From contig JAZQXV010000010.1 in NCBI GenBank assembly GCA_045633045.1, forward strand, positions 14,592 to 78,591: DNA of 64,000 nt, given 5' to 3'. Source of the stretch: Alistipes sp. (GTDB lineage Bacteria; Bacteroidota; Bacteroidia; Bacteroidales; Rikenellaceae). How positions within the stretch are numbered: position 1 is the first letter of the stretch; every line of letters starts with the position of its first letter. Below are positions 8,951 to 19,400 of the stretch, piece after piece. The notes beneath the pieces are model-generated. The model was not told where the DNA came from. It saw only the letters and a program-made list of their open reading frames with translations, and did not search any database. The translations under genes and the position numbers were made by a program.

Positions 8951-11527
8951 TTACTCCTCCCAAGTACAATCAGTGAAAGTAATCTCTGTTGTCTGAGACT
9001 GATCAACTGTGTAACCAGCGCAGAAAGTACAGTTTACAAAATCTGTCTTACCATAAGGACGGCAGTACTTGTAGCCTGAACCCTCTCCGAATGAGCAGTT
9101 TGTATAAACTACCTCAGTGTGCATATTAGAGTGCGATGTCCAACCATTAACATTAGAGTCTGAAACATAAACGCCAAATGGATTAGCTGGCATGTTACCA
9201 TCAGAGTTAAATGTATAGATTACATTCTTGAATGTTACATTCTCGATATTCAAATCAGATCTCTGACCAGCTGTAAAGATACCACGCATAGCACCTGCAA
9301 CAGTCAAGTTCTTGATAGTACCACCATTAGTGTAGATTGCACAATCCCATTTAGCACCTGCACCAGTCACAGTAAGAGTATAACCATTACCATCGATTGT
9401 CTGTGCCTCATTCTGAATGATACCAGCCTTGCTGTAACCGCCACTTGTAGCAGCCACTGTGATATCATTCAAGAAGAACACGCCCTCGTTAGCCTTCAAA
9501 GCAGCTACGAGCTCGTCAGCAGTAGCAACTGGAGTCAAACCGTCGATAGTGTAAACACCGTAAACGTTGTCGTACTTCTGAACGTACTCTACGCCGTCGA
9601 TGATAACCTTGCTACCTGCGCAGTTTGCAAGAGTGTAACCACGACCTACATAACCTGCGTAGTCGAAATTCTCGACAACAGTGCCGTCAGTGTTAGCGCC
9701 ATAAAGCGTGCCAGAGTATGTACAACCCTCGAGTGTGAAGACCTTAGTCTTGCCATCAGCCCAACCACCAGCGATACCACCTACACGGTACTCGTCGTTG
9801 TGGCGACCCTCACGACCTGCAACTACTGATACGTTACCTGTAGTGTGGCAGTTCTTGATATATGAGTCACCAGCAGCGATACCTACGAGACCACCTGCGA
9901 AGAACTTGTTAGCAGTAACGTTGATGTTAGATGAGCAGTTCTCGAATACCATCTTACCCTGAAGCTGACCTGCAAGAGCACCAGTGTTGTTGTTTGCGAT
10001 GAGGTAGCTACCCTCATTAGCGATAACGTGAACGTTCTTCATGGTTACGTTACCAGAAGAGTTACCACCAGCAACTACAGCTACGCGACTTGCACCGTTA
10101 GCGTTCTGTGTAGCATACACATTGATGTCGCCCTTAACAGTTACGTTCTCAATAGTTGAAGTACCCTCCAAAGAACCAGCTACAGCACCGATGTGACCCT
10201 GGCTGTGGTCGATATCCAAGCAAGGGATATTGATATATACATTCTCGAAAGCTACATTCTTAATTGTAGCGTCCTTTGCATAGCCGAAGAAACCGATATA
10301 TGCCTTACCCTCCTTAGCCTCAGACTCTACGAGTGTAAGGTTCTTGATAGTGTAACCCTTACCGTCGAAAGTACCAGTAAATGGTTTCTCTGAAGTACCT
10401 ACAGGAGTCCAGTTGCTTGCAGTAGCACGTGTTGTGAGATCGTTCAAATCGATATCACCAGTCAACTCGATAGTAGCATCAGCATCAACAGTACCGTTGT
10501 TGATATCCTCAGCAATATTTACCAAGCCCTGAGCATCGCTAACTGTGTAAGCACCGTCTGCAACATAGTAGCCATTGTCAACCCACTCGGTAACATCGTC
10601 AACAGTGAACTCGATAGCCTCGAATGCTGTAGCGCCAGTGTTTTTCTCGTTGAGTGTAGCGCTGATGTTGTAGTTGCCACCCTTAGCAAGGTTGATTGTT
10701 GTATTGATAGTGTGAGGGTATGTACCAACCTTAACGCCTGCCTGGTAAACGTCTACGTTGAAAGTGATGTTGTACTCCTTAGCGATAGGAAGGAGGTAGT
10801 GGTGCTCAGTAGCGTAAGCAGCAGCAGATGCGAGGCGCACATCCTCAGCAGCCTGCTTGCCGAACTCGCGTACGAAAGTTGTGTCACCAACCTGTGCCCA
10901 CTCCTTAACTGCGCCGTCCTCAACCTCAACCTCTGCCTCAGCTACAGCGTTGTTGATCTTAATGCCGTAAACCTCGAATGCAATGTTGCTGCTCTGAGCA
11001 TAGCCGCTAGTGAACTTGAAAGCAACCTTAGAGAGCAAGTGGCTGAATGTCAAACCAACCTTATCCTGCGCACCAGCAGCCACCTTTGCGCGCTGTGCAT
11101 AAGCGAATACGAGGTCCTGCTCACCCTCAGCAGTTGCGTTGTCGAAAGCGATAACGCCGTTCTGTGCGAGGTTACCGGTCTCATAAGTCCAGTGACGACC
11201 CTCGAAAGGAGCGAAAGCTGCAAAGTTGTATGAGTTGCCAGGAACCCAATACTGAGTGTTATAGTAAGACCAAGCACCGTCGTAAGTCACCTCCTCGTTC
11301 TTCAAGATAAGGCCTGATGACTTTGAATCGTCGTTAGTTACTGAAGCGTACACGCCGAAGCCGAAATCCTTGATAGTCTCAGTTGTAACGTCGTTAGCAC
11401 GTGTAGTCTTGTCAACGAAAGTATCGAAGCCGATAGCGTCGTTGTTTGCGGGCGCTACGACTGTCTGCTCTGTGCTGCAGGCTACTATAGCAGCAACTGC
11501 GAGCATCGAAACAAGAATCTTCTTCAT
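8951..11527 (-). CDS. Long fimbrillin: pilin domain plus GLUG/ZmpB-like and beta-helix cargo modules
   Basis: IVAC lipobox, KTTRA, QYWVPG.SYNF.AFAP, L.FSHLLSKV, IEFTVDDVTEW, then WTPVG..PFTGTFDGKGYTIKNL and G/N-rich helix repeats. Confidence 0.8.
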   Translation of the reverse strand: MKKILVSMLAVAAIVACSTEQTVVAPANNDAIGFDTFVDKTTRANDVTTETIKDFGFGVYASVTNDDSKSSGLILKNEEVTYDGAWSYYNTQYWVPGNSYNFAAFAPFEGRHWTYETGNLAQNGVIAFDNATAEGEQDLVFAYAQRAKVAAGAQDKVGLTFSHLLSKVAFKFTSGYAQSSNIAFEVYGIKINNAVAEAEVEVEDGAVKEWAQVGDTTFVREFGKQAAEDVRLASAAAYATEHHYLLPIAKEYNITFNVDVYQAGVKVGTYPHTINTTINLAKGGNYNISATLNEKNTGATAFEAIEFTVDDVTEWVDNGYYVADGAYTVSDAQGLVNIAEDINNGTVDADATIELTGDIDLNDLTTRATASNWTPVGTSEKPFTGTFDGKGYTIKNLTLVESEAKEGKAYIGFFGYAKDATIKNVAFENVYINIPCLDIDHSQGHIGAVAGSLEGTSTIENVTVKGDINVYATQNANGASRVAVVAGGNSSGNVTMKNVHVIANEGSYLIANNNTGALAGQLQGKMVFENCSSNINVTANKFFAGGLVGIAAGDSYIKNCHTTGNVSVVAGREGRHNDEYRVGGIAGGWADGKTKVFTLEGCTYSGTLYGANTDGTVVENFDYAGYVGRGYTLANCAGSKVIIDGVEYVQKYDNVYGVYTIDGLTPVATADELVAALKANEGVFFLNDITVAATSGGYSKAGIIQNEAQTIDGNGYTLTVTGAGAKWDCAIYTNGGTIKNLTVAGAMRGIFTAGQRSDLNIENVTFKNVIYTFNSDGNMPANPFGVYVSDSNVNGWTSHSNMHTEVVYTNCSFGEGSGYKYCRPYGKTDFVNCTFCAGYTVDQSQTTEITFTDCTWEE

Positions 11528-11567
11528 AATATTCTTAATCTTTTAGGGGAAAGTTAATTAGTAAAGA

Positions 11568-12587
11568 TTAGATGATCTCAGCCTCCTCATCTGTAGCAGG
11601 ATTATTCCACTCATTAACCTTAGTTACAGTGAACTCGATAGGCTCCTGAGACTCCTCTGGATCGATGTTAGATGCCTTGATGATAGTCTTGATATCATAA
11701 GAAGTACCAGCTACTGGAGTGAATGTAAGCTCAGCCTCGTGCTCATAAGTCTCAACTACTGTTGTGCCGTAAACAATATCAACTAAGAAAGTTACATTGT
11801 AAGTATACTCTGTAGCAGGGATGATGAAACGAACATTGTAGCTCTCCAACTCTGAACCCTGAGCGATTGTCTCCTCAGCATCAACAGCATTAACAGCAGC
11901 ATTACCAAACTCAATTGTAAAGTCATTAGCTGTTGCCAAATTCTTCCATTCTGTTGTAGTTGCGTCAAGAGTTGCAGTAGCAGTCTTGTGAGGGTTAGTC
12001 AACACAATGTCACGAACTACGATAGATGAGCCAGAAGCGTTGTACTGGTTCTCGAATGAGAACTTAACCTTAGACAAAACGTGACGGAATGTGAAATCAA
12101 CAGCCTCGTTAGCTGTACCCTCTGCATCGCCATTACCCTTCTTACCAGTAATAGGTGCGTGCTGAGCGTAAAGAAGATCTGTTACAGCGTCGTTAGTAAA
12201 AGCGAGTGTAGTCTCGAATGAATCTTTGCTGAAAGCACCTTTCTTACCACATGATGCAGGAGCTACAGCAGCGAAGTTGTAAGTAGCACCATTAATCCAA
12301 TACTGAGTACCCTCATACTTCCAAGGACCCACCAAGTCACCATTAACCTTTGTCTTGCTTACCTCAACAGCATCAAAGATAAGAGCTGTGTCGTCATTAG
12401 TAACCGCGCCATAAACAGCGAAGTTTGCCAAGTTTGTGTTGTTCAAGCTTGGGTCATCAACACGAGTTGCCTTACCAACGAATGTATCGAAACCGATGGC
12501 AGCGCCCTTGTCAGCGACGATGACCTCCTCATTGCTACATGCTGCGAGTGCAACAACTGCAGCCAATGCAAAAATTACCTTTTTCAT
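11568..12587 (-). CDS. Short fimbrillin (candidate shaft pilin), paralog of 7593-8567
   Basis: LAAC lipobox, shared E.VIVADKG..IGF..FV...TR, QYWINGA.Y.F, C-terminal IEFTVTKVNEW. Confidence 0.85.
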   Translation of the reverse strand: MKKVIFALAAVVALAACSNEEVIVADKGAAIGFDTFVGKATRVDDPSLNNTNLANFAVYGAVTNDDTALIFDAVEVSKTKVNGDLVGPWKYEGTQYWINGATYNFAAVAPASCGKKGAFSKDSFETTLAFTNDAVTDLLYAQHAPITGKKGNGDAEGTANEAVDFTFRHVLSKVKFSFENQYNASGSSIVVRDIVLTNPHKTATATLDATTTEWKNLATANDFTIEFGNAAVNAVDAEETIAQGSELESYNVRFIIPATEYTYNVTFLVDIVYGTTVVETYEHEAELTFTPVAGTSYDIKTIIKASNIDPEESQEPIEFTVTKVNEWNNPATDEEAEII

Positions 12588-12646
12588 AATTTTAATTAGT
12601 TTAGTTAATATTAATTTGTTTTGTTGTTAATTTGTTTCGTTTTCTC

Positions 12647-12739
12647 TGTCATCCTGAGTGTAACGAAGGATCTCAAGGCCTGTACGACATTCGCTGGTCG
12701 TGCTCACTGAGAGATTCTTCACTTAAGTTCAGAATGACA
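12647..12739. repeat. REP-like element type B, copy 2
   Basis: Near-identical to 8628-8719 and in the same position relative to a short pilin start. Confidence 0.8.
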
Positions 12740-12786
12740 TCCAAAGCCCTCTTTTTCATCTACTTTTTAGCCGTTTATAATTCCTA

Positions 12787-12818
12787 CAAATATACGAATT
12801 ATTTTGCTGACTATCAAG
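12787..12818 (-). promoter_or_regulatory. Internal promoter within the pilus locus
   Basis: CTTG-20 nt-TATATTTG on the minus strand, upstream of 11568-12587. Confidence 0.6.
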
Positions 12819-12903
12819 TTTTTGACTAACTTTTTTAATGTTTTTTTTACTCTTTTTTTGACCTCGTTTTCGGCCCTTTCCAACCGTTTTGGAGACCTTT
12901 AGG

Positions 12904-12940
12904 GAGTGTAGGGAAACCCAATCCCCTACACCCAAAATAT
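12904..12940 (-). repeat. 37-bp hairpin, copy 2
   Basis: Identical to 8907-8943. Confidence 0.9.
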
Positions 12941-12957
12941 ATCAAATATAAGGAGGT

Positions 12958-15900
12958 TTATAGTACACGACCTACAACCTCGTTGCGAATGTTCTTACCA
13001 GTGCCCTCGCCATTGTCCGTAACTGTAACATTGGTAGCAGAGCAGTTTGTAACATTCTCCAACTTTGCTGCACCAATCAACTGACCTGCATCACGACCTG
13101 CTGATACGGTAGAATTAGTTGCAGAGCAACCATCAACCAAAGTAGCGTTAGTAGCGTTACCAATCAAAGCACCAGCCTTATCGCCATTAGCATCACCATT
13201 AGCATAGTGGCACTCGATAGATGCATTAACAACATGGCAGTTCTGAACACGAGCGTACTTCTCAGTGATATAGCCTACCAAAGCACCACAATTGTGATTG
13301 CCCTTGATAGTAGCATTCTCAATCTTCACATTCTTAAGAATACCCTTACCCTCTGAGTGTGTCTCAACCCAGCCAAACAAACCTGAAGAATAGTTTGCAC
13401 CTGTCTGTGATGATGAGTCAACATTAAGATTATAGATAGTATAGTTCTGACCATCAAACACGCCATTGAAAGTCTTTGCACCTGTCTGACCAACTGGTGT
13501 CCAAACCTCATTGTTAAGGTCTACATCAGCTGTAAGCTTAACAGTCTTGCCATCAAAAGCATTCTTCTTAACATTTACCTCGTTTGCAAACCAAAACATA
13601 CCTGCCTTGTTGCTGATATAGTAAGCAGCATCATCAGCAAGTACACCATTAGCTACTGAAAGTTTGCCGTCAATCATAATGCTACCATCCTCCAAATACT
13701 CGTATACAACGCCATCGATTGTAACTGTGTGGCCCTTAGTTCCATACAATGGACCTACCAAGTAATCAGCACCAGAAACATTGTTTACAGATACTCGATT
13801 GATAGTAGAATCACCACCCAATGCACCTGCAACAATACCCTTATGATTGTCGTCACATACGACATTTACATTCTCTACAGTTGCGCCATCAAGAGTCTGG
13901 AGGCAAATGATACCAGAGATACCACCTACATTCTGAGTTGCCGTGATAGACAAGTTTGAAGCTGAGAAGTTAGAGTAGTTAGCGACCAAACCACCATTTG
14001 TCTGAATGTCAGAGATAACACCACCAACAGTCACGCCACCCTCAATTACAGAATTCTTGCTACCTACGATAGAGATATTCTTAGCATCAACGCAACGACG
14101 AGTGTATGCCAAAACACCTGCAGTGTAGTGACCACCCTTAATAGAGATGTTGCCCTGAACAGTAACATTCTCAATCTTAGTATAGTATGGATATGCAATA
14201 GCAGCAGCTACGATATGGCCATTAAGGTCGATATCTACGTTCTCGATAACAAGGTTTTTGATGTAGTTCTGATTATCCTTATCAGTACCCTCTGTTACGC
14301 CGAACAAACCACCATAAACATAACCGTCTGAGTCAGGGGTAATATTCTTAATTGCGAGGTTCTTAATTACGAAGCCGTTACCATCGAAGTTACCCATGAA
14401 ACCATGATCCTTGGATGCAGAACCGATAGGAGTCCACTCTGCGCCCTTAAGGTCGATATCAGCACCAAGCTTAACAGTCTTACCAGCGAAATAGTCTGCA
14501 CCGCTATTAACCTGCTGTGCAATCCACTGAAGACCACCAGCGTTGCTAACAGCTATCTCATTGCCATTCTCCTCAACACCATACTCAACAACCCAGTTGC
14601 CATCCTTAACTACAACGTCATAACCAACGGGAAGATTTGATGGAACAACAGTAGAGCCATTATTAAGCGCAGCCTCAGCTACAGAAAGCTCGATATCCAA
14701 AGCTGAAGCGTTTGATCCAGAAACCATTACATCGCCCTTCAAAATAGCGTTCTCAGCAACTACAAGCTTACCAGGGTTAACATTTTTATTTGCATTCTGA
14801 ACCCAAATAGACTTGTTAGCACCCTCGATAGTACCACCGTTTACAATAACCTCATCAAGAGCCTTTGGGCTGTTGAGGAACAAGCGAACAGCGCGATATG
14901 GAGATTTAACAACACCACCGTTGATTGTTGCCTTAGCATCGCCAGCACCAGTGTTTGTAAGGTTATCGAGAGCATATGCCATATCAGTACCACCAAGGTG
15001 CTCGATAGTACCACCATTGAGTACGAACTCACCACGCTGGTTAGAGATTACTGATGAGTAAGCATTCCAACCACGATTATTATTTGCAGTCAACTGAATC
15101 TTACCAGTAGTACCCTCAATAGTAAGCTTAGCACCTGCCTGGATGTTGAACATACCAAAGCTTGCAGTTTCGTTATCAGTACCAGTGATATTGAAATTCT
15201 TAATATCAAGAACTACCTCCTTACCAGCTGGAATTGTAATTGAAGCGCTTGAAGCAGCGCGAGTAAGAAGGTCATCAAGATTAATATCGCCATTCAAAAC
15301 GATGTGAGCCTCTGACTCTGGCGCTGTCTCGTCAATAATACGCTGGATATCAGATGCGCTGCTAGCCTCAGCTACCTCAACCTCCTCCCAGACGTTTACG
15401 CACTCAACCTTGAACTCGATGGGCAACAACGCAGTATCAGCAGCGTTCTGCTCGTTGATCTCAGTTACGAAGTTGTAAGCCTTACCACTCTCCAAGTTCA
15501 AACCAGAGATTTCAACTTTCTTGTTAGATTCGCTAACGCAAACATTGCCGTTGTAGTGCATAACAGTGAATGTTACTTCATATGTCTGATCTGCTGCAGG
15601 GATTGTAAAACGCTCGTCAGCTGCAACGCACTTGCCACCAGCTGCGATAACCTCAGTGTCACCGTAAGCAAGAGTGATCTCCTCACCAGCAACCTCACCC
15701 CAAGCTTTATCCTCAATGCTGTAAGTAGCAGTGTTCTTAGCCTTCATCTTAACGTCCTTAACCTGAACAGTTACGTTGTCAGTAGCGAAACCGTTCTTGA
15801 AAGTGAACTTTACCTTTGAGAGAAGGTGGTTGAACTCAAGACCTACAGCGTCCATAGGCTGATCGAATTGCGCAGGTGTTTCAACCACCTCGTGAGCGTA

Positions 15901-16314
15901 GATAAGGTCCTCAGTACCATCTACGTTAGTGAAATCGATAGTGTTGTCCTCACCTTTGTCAGCACCATTCAAGTTGTAAGTCCAGTTGTTAGTGCCAACG
16001 GGAGCGATAGCGTCGAAGTAGTAGGTGTGGTTAGGAGTCCAATACTGCTTGTTAAGGTAAGACCATGCGCCGTTAAGGAGAGATACGCGCTCCTTAGTAA
16101 GTACAGTACCTGCCTCAGAGTCCACATAAGCCCATACGTCGAAACCCTGAAGGTTGTCAGTTGTAAGGCTAGGATCAACACGTGTAGCGTTGTCGAGCGC
16201 TGCCACGTTGAACTCCATAAGAGTTCCAGAGTTGTTGCTCTGCACAAGCGTCTGCTCCTGGCTACATGCTACCAAACCTGCGATAGCAAGAACCGAAACT
16301 AAAAGCTTTTTCAT
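12958..16314 (-). CDS. Long fimbrillin: pilin, beta-helix and two GLUG/ZmpB-like modules
   Basis: LVAC lipobox, NATRV, QYWTP, LEFNHLLSKVKF, IEFKVECVNVW; two KL.AD.DL....WTP.G...F.G.FDG....I.NL modules. Confidence 0.8.
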   Translation of the reverse strand: MKKLLVSVLAIAGLVACSQEQTLVQSNNSGTLMEFNVAALDNATRVDPSLTTDNLQGFDVWAYVDSEAGTVLTKERVSLLNGAWSYLNKQYWTPNHTYYFDAIAPVGTNNWTYNLNGADKGEDNTIDFTNVDGTEDLIYAHEVVETPAQFDQPMDAVGLEFNHLLSKVKFTFKNGFATDNVTVQVKDVKMKAKNTATYSIEDKAWGEVAGEEITLAYGDTEVIAAGGKCVAADERFTIPAADQTYEVTFTVMHYNGNVCVSESNKKVEISGLNLESGKAYNFVTEINEQNAADTALLPIEFKVECVNVWEEVEVAEASSASDIQRIIDETAPESEAHIVLNGDINLDDLLTRAASSASITIPAGKEVVLDIKNFNITGTDNETASFGMFNIQAGAKLTIEGTTGKIQLTANNNRGWNAYSSVISNQRGEFVLNGGTIEHLGGTDMAYALDNLTNTGAGDAKATINGGVVKSPYRAVRLFLNSPKALDEVIVNGGTIEGANKSIWVQNANKNVNPGKLVVAENAILKGDVMVSGSNASALDIELSVAEAALNNGSTVVPSNLPVGYDVVVKDGNWVVEYGVEENGNEIAVSNAGGLQWIAQQVNSGADYFAGKTVKLGADIDLKGAEWTPIGSASKDHGFMGNFDGNGFVIKNLAIKNITPDSDGYVYGGLFGVTEGTDKDNQNYIKNLVIENVDIDLNGHIVAAAIAYPYYTKIENVTVQGNISIKGGHYTAGVLAYTRRCVDAKNISIVGSKNSVIEGGVTVGGVISDIQTNGGLVANYSNFSASNLSITATQNVGGISGIICLQTLDGATVENVNVVCDDNHKGIVAGALGGDSTINRVSVNNVSGADYLVGPLYGTKGHTVTIDGVVYEYLEDGSIMIDGKLSVANGVLADDAAYYISNKAGMFWFANEVNVKKNAFDGKTVKLTADVDLNNEVWTPVGQTGAKTFNGVFDGQNYTIYNLNVDSSSQTGANYSSGLFGWVETHSEGKGILKNVKIENATIKGNHNCGALVGYITEKYARVQNCHVVNASIECHYANGDANGDKAGALIGNATNATLVDGCSATNSTVSAGRDAGQLIGAAKLENVTNCSATNVTVTDNGEGTGKNIRNEVVGRVL

Positions 16315-16367
16315 AATAGTTTGTTTTTGTTAGTTAATTGTTTGTTATTGTTTGTTGTTTTGTTAGG

Positions 16368-16404
16368 GAGTGTAGGGAAACCCAATCCCCTACACCCAAA
16401 ATAT
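16368..16404 (-). repeat. 37-bp hairpin, copy 3
   Basis: Identical to 8907-8943. Confidence 0.9.
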
Positions 16405-16411
16405 CGGTATA

Positions 16412-19400
16412 TTACAACACCTTAACGCCGTCAACAGTGATAGTAGTCTTATCGCCCTTCTTGTTGTTCCAGAGCGAGTTACCACTTACATTACCATTAG
16501 CGAAGCCAGTAGCTGTAGTGTCGTTGATTGTAATCTCATAAAGACCAGAGATAAGTGAGCTATCAATCTCGATAGCTGCCTTACCCTCAACAGGAGCAGA
16601 TGCGTTCAACTTACAACCCTCGAACAATACAGTCTGACCATTACCAGACTCTGTGTAGATAAGTACAGACTTACCTGCGCTGTTGAATACGCAGTCAACG
16701 AACTTAACAGCCTTTGCGCCGTATGTCCAAACATTGTAAGCGTCTGCAGAAGTCTGCTCGAAAGTACAACCCTCGAAAGTAACATCGTTACCATAGAGGA
16801 AAGGCTGACCTACGATAGTACAGTTCTTGTAAGACTCTACATTTGTGTGCTGGAAACCAGTGTAGTTATCATTTGAGAAGACAAGCTTAACATTCTCAAT
16901 AGTTACATTGCCATTAACACCGTACTTCTTACCCTGAACACCGAGAACAACATTATCGCCATAACCAACAAGCTCAAGACCTGCGGGGTACTTAGCCAAA
17001 GTGTAAGTGCCGTCAGCCAAGTAAACCTTAGTTGCACCGTTATTAACAGCTGTAGTGAGCTCATCATTTGAAGCTACAACCTGTGCATTTGAGCCCTCAA
17101 CCTTTACCAAAGCACCGTTTACAACAACCTTGTCAGCGTAAGCTGCAGCGTCCTCGTCAACCCATACTGCGAACTCAGTGTCCTTAGCAACATTAGAAAT
17201 GTTGATACCCTCAACATTGATCTCAGCACCTGCTACAGACTTAACCAAGATAGCTGCCTTGTTTGCAGTCTTGAATGTAGCGTTTGCGATGTTCAAGGTA
17301 ACCTTTGCAGGAGCGTCAACATACTGCTCGTCGATCTTGATACCACGACCGAGTGAGTTAACAGTCAAACCGTCGATAGTTACGTTCTGACCCTCAGCAG
17401 TGATCCACATAGCGTAGTAGTCGTGAGTCTCGTTGATAGTAACGTTCTTGAGGTTGTATGACTTGTTAGCAGCCTCCAAAGCGATAGCCTTCTCGAATAC
17501 TACGTTCTCGAAAGCGTAGTTACAGTTAGAGAAAGACAAGTCGTATGAGTTCCAAGTACCAGTAGTCTGTGAGCTTGTCATTGTACCATTCTTGATAGTG
17601 ACAATAGCATCACTATTCTTAGCACCAAGAACTGACCAGTAGGTAGTTGTAAGGTTGAGCTTATTGTCGTTGAGGTCGATAGTGATAGCCTTAGTGTTTG
17701 CGCCACCCATCTGCTTTGCATCGCCTGAAGCGGTTGTGCCGATTTCTGAGATAGCTACCTCGATGTCGTTAGCCAACTTAACGTTGATCTTCTGAGTGTC
17801 AGACTTCAAAGCAGCAGCTATCTCCTCAGCAGTGCGAACAACAACTACCTCTGGGAATACTACAAGATCAGCAGGACCGTTGAATGTGAAGTCAACTGCA
17901 GGAGCTACGTAAGCAGCATCGTCGTTACCCTCAGTGAAGATAACATCGTAGTCACCAGTGCGAGTAATCACAGATGCCTCGTCGATGTTTACAGTGTAAC
18001 CTGCAGTAGTAACCTTGCGAACTACAACGGGCTGCTTAGCCTCGATAGTAGACTTCTCGATAGTAGTTGTAGCAACGCCACCCTCAAGACGTACACCATA
18101 AGAGTCAGCTACAACCTTAGTGTTGCGAATAGTGTTAGTAGAGTTCTGCAAAGAGAAACCACGACCACAATTTACAACCTCAGCGCCGTCAACAAGAACA
18201 ACAGCCTCGCCGCAAGACAAGAGCTGCAACATAGAGTGGATACCCTCAGCCTTACAGTTCTCAACAACGAGGTTACCATTGAGTGAACGGAACTTAGCAG
18301 CTACAGCAGTGTCAGTACCCTTGAAAGTACAGTTCTTGATAGTTACGTTATCGGGGTAACGAGTGTTACCATTCTGCTCGTTGCAGTAGATAAATGCGTC
18401 GTAGCCATTCAAAGCTGCAGTCTCGAAGTTGATACCATCGAATACTGTAGTACCCTTACCGTAAGTAGAACCACCTACGAGAGCGAATGTACCGTCGAAC
18501 TTCTTACCGTTACCGTAGATAGCGATAGTTGCATTCTCAAGCTCAGGAACTGTTACGTTACCTGCAAGGTTATCACCCAAAACTACAGTTGTGTCACCAG
18601 TAGCAGCGTCCAAAGTATCCTGGAGCTCCTCGATAGTGTAAACGAACTTAACCTCGTCCTCAATCTGACCTACGTTAACATCCTGCTCATCCCACTTGAT
18701 AACCTCGATCTCGAACTCGATCTCATCGAGGTTCAAGCTCTCAGGAGTGATCTCAGCAACGAAGTTGTAAGCCTTGCCCTGTACGAACTCCCAGCCAGTG
18801 AGAGTAGTCTTCTTTGTAAGACCCTCACCCTCGAAACCAGGCTCTTTACCGTACCATACCTGAACAGTGTAAGTGATCTCGTAAGAAGTTTCAGCAGCAG
18901 CAGGAATAGTCAAACGCTCGTCAGCAACAGCGCACTTGTCACCAGCTGCGATAACCTCAGTGTCACCGTAAGCAAGAGTGATCTGCTCACCAGCAACAGC
19001 ACCCCATGTACCCTTTGCACCGTCAACAGTGTAAGTAGCCTTATTGCTAACCTTAACCTGAACGTCACGAACCTGGAGAGTTACGTTGTTAGTAGCGAAA
19101 CCGTTAACGAAAGTGAACTTTGTCTTAGACAAGAGGTGGTTGAAAGTAAGATCAAGAGCTGCGTAATCCTTACCAACAGCGTCACCTACAGTTGAACGTG
19201 TGTTGAAAGCATAGATAAGGTCCTCAGTACCATCGATGTTAGTGAAGTCGATAGTGTTACCCTTACCATAGATATCACCATCCTCAATGTTGTATGTCCA
19301 GCTTTCGCTGTCCATAGGTGCAAGAGCAGCGAATGAGTAGTTGTGACCGGGCAACCAGTAAGCTGTGTTTACATAACCCCAGCCATCGCCCATACGCTCA

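Noticed and set aside
8907-16404. 37-bp identical repeats as a CRISPR array
   Set aside because: Copies are 3.5-4 kb apart with whole genes between them, and there are no cas genes.
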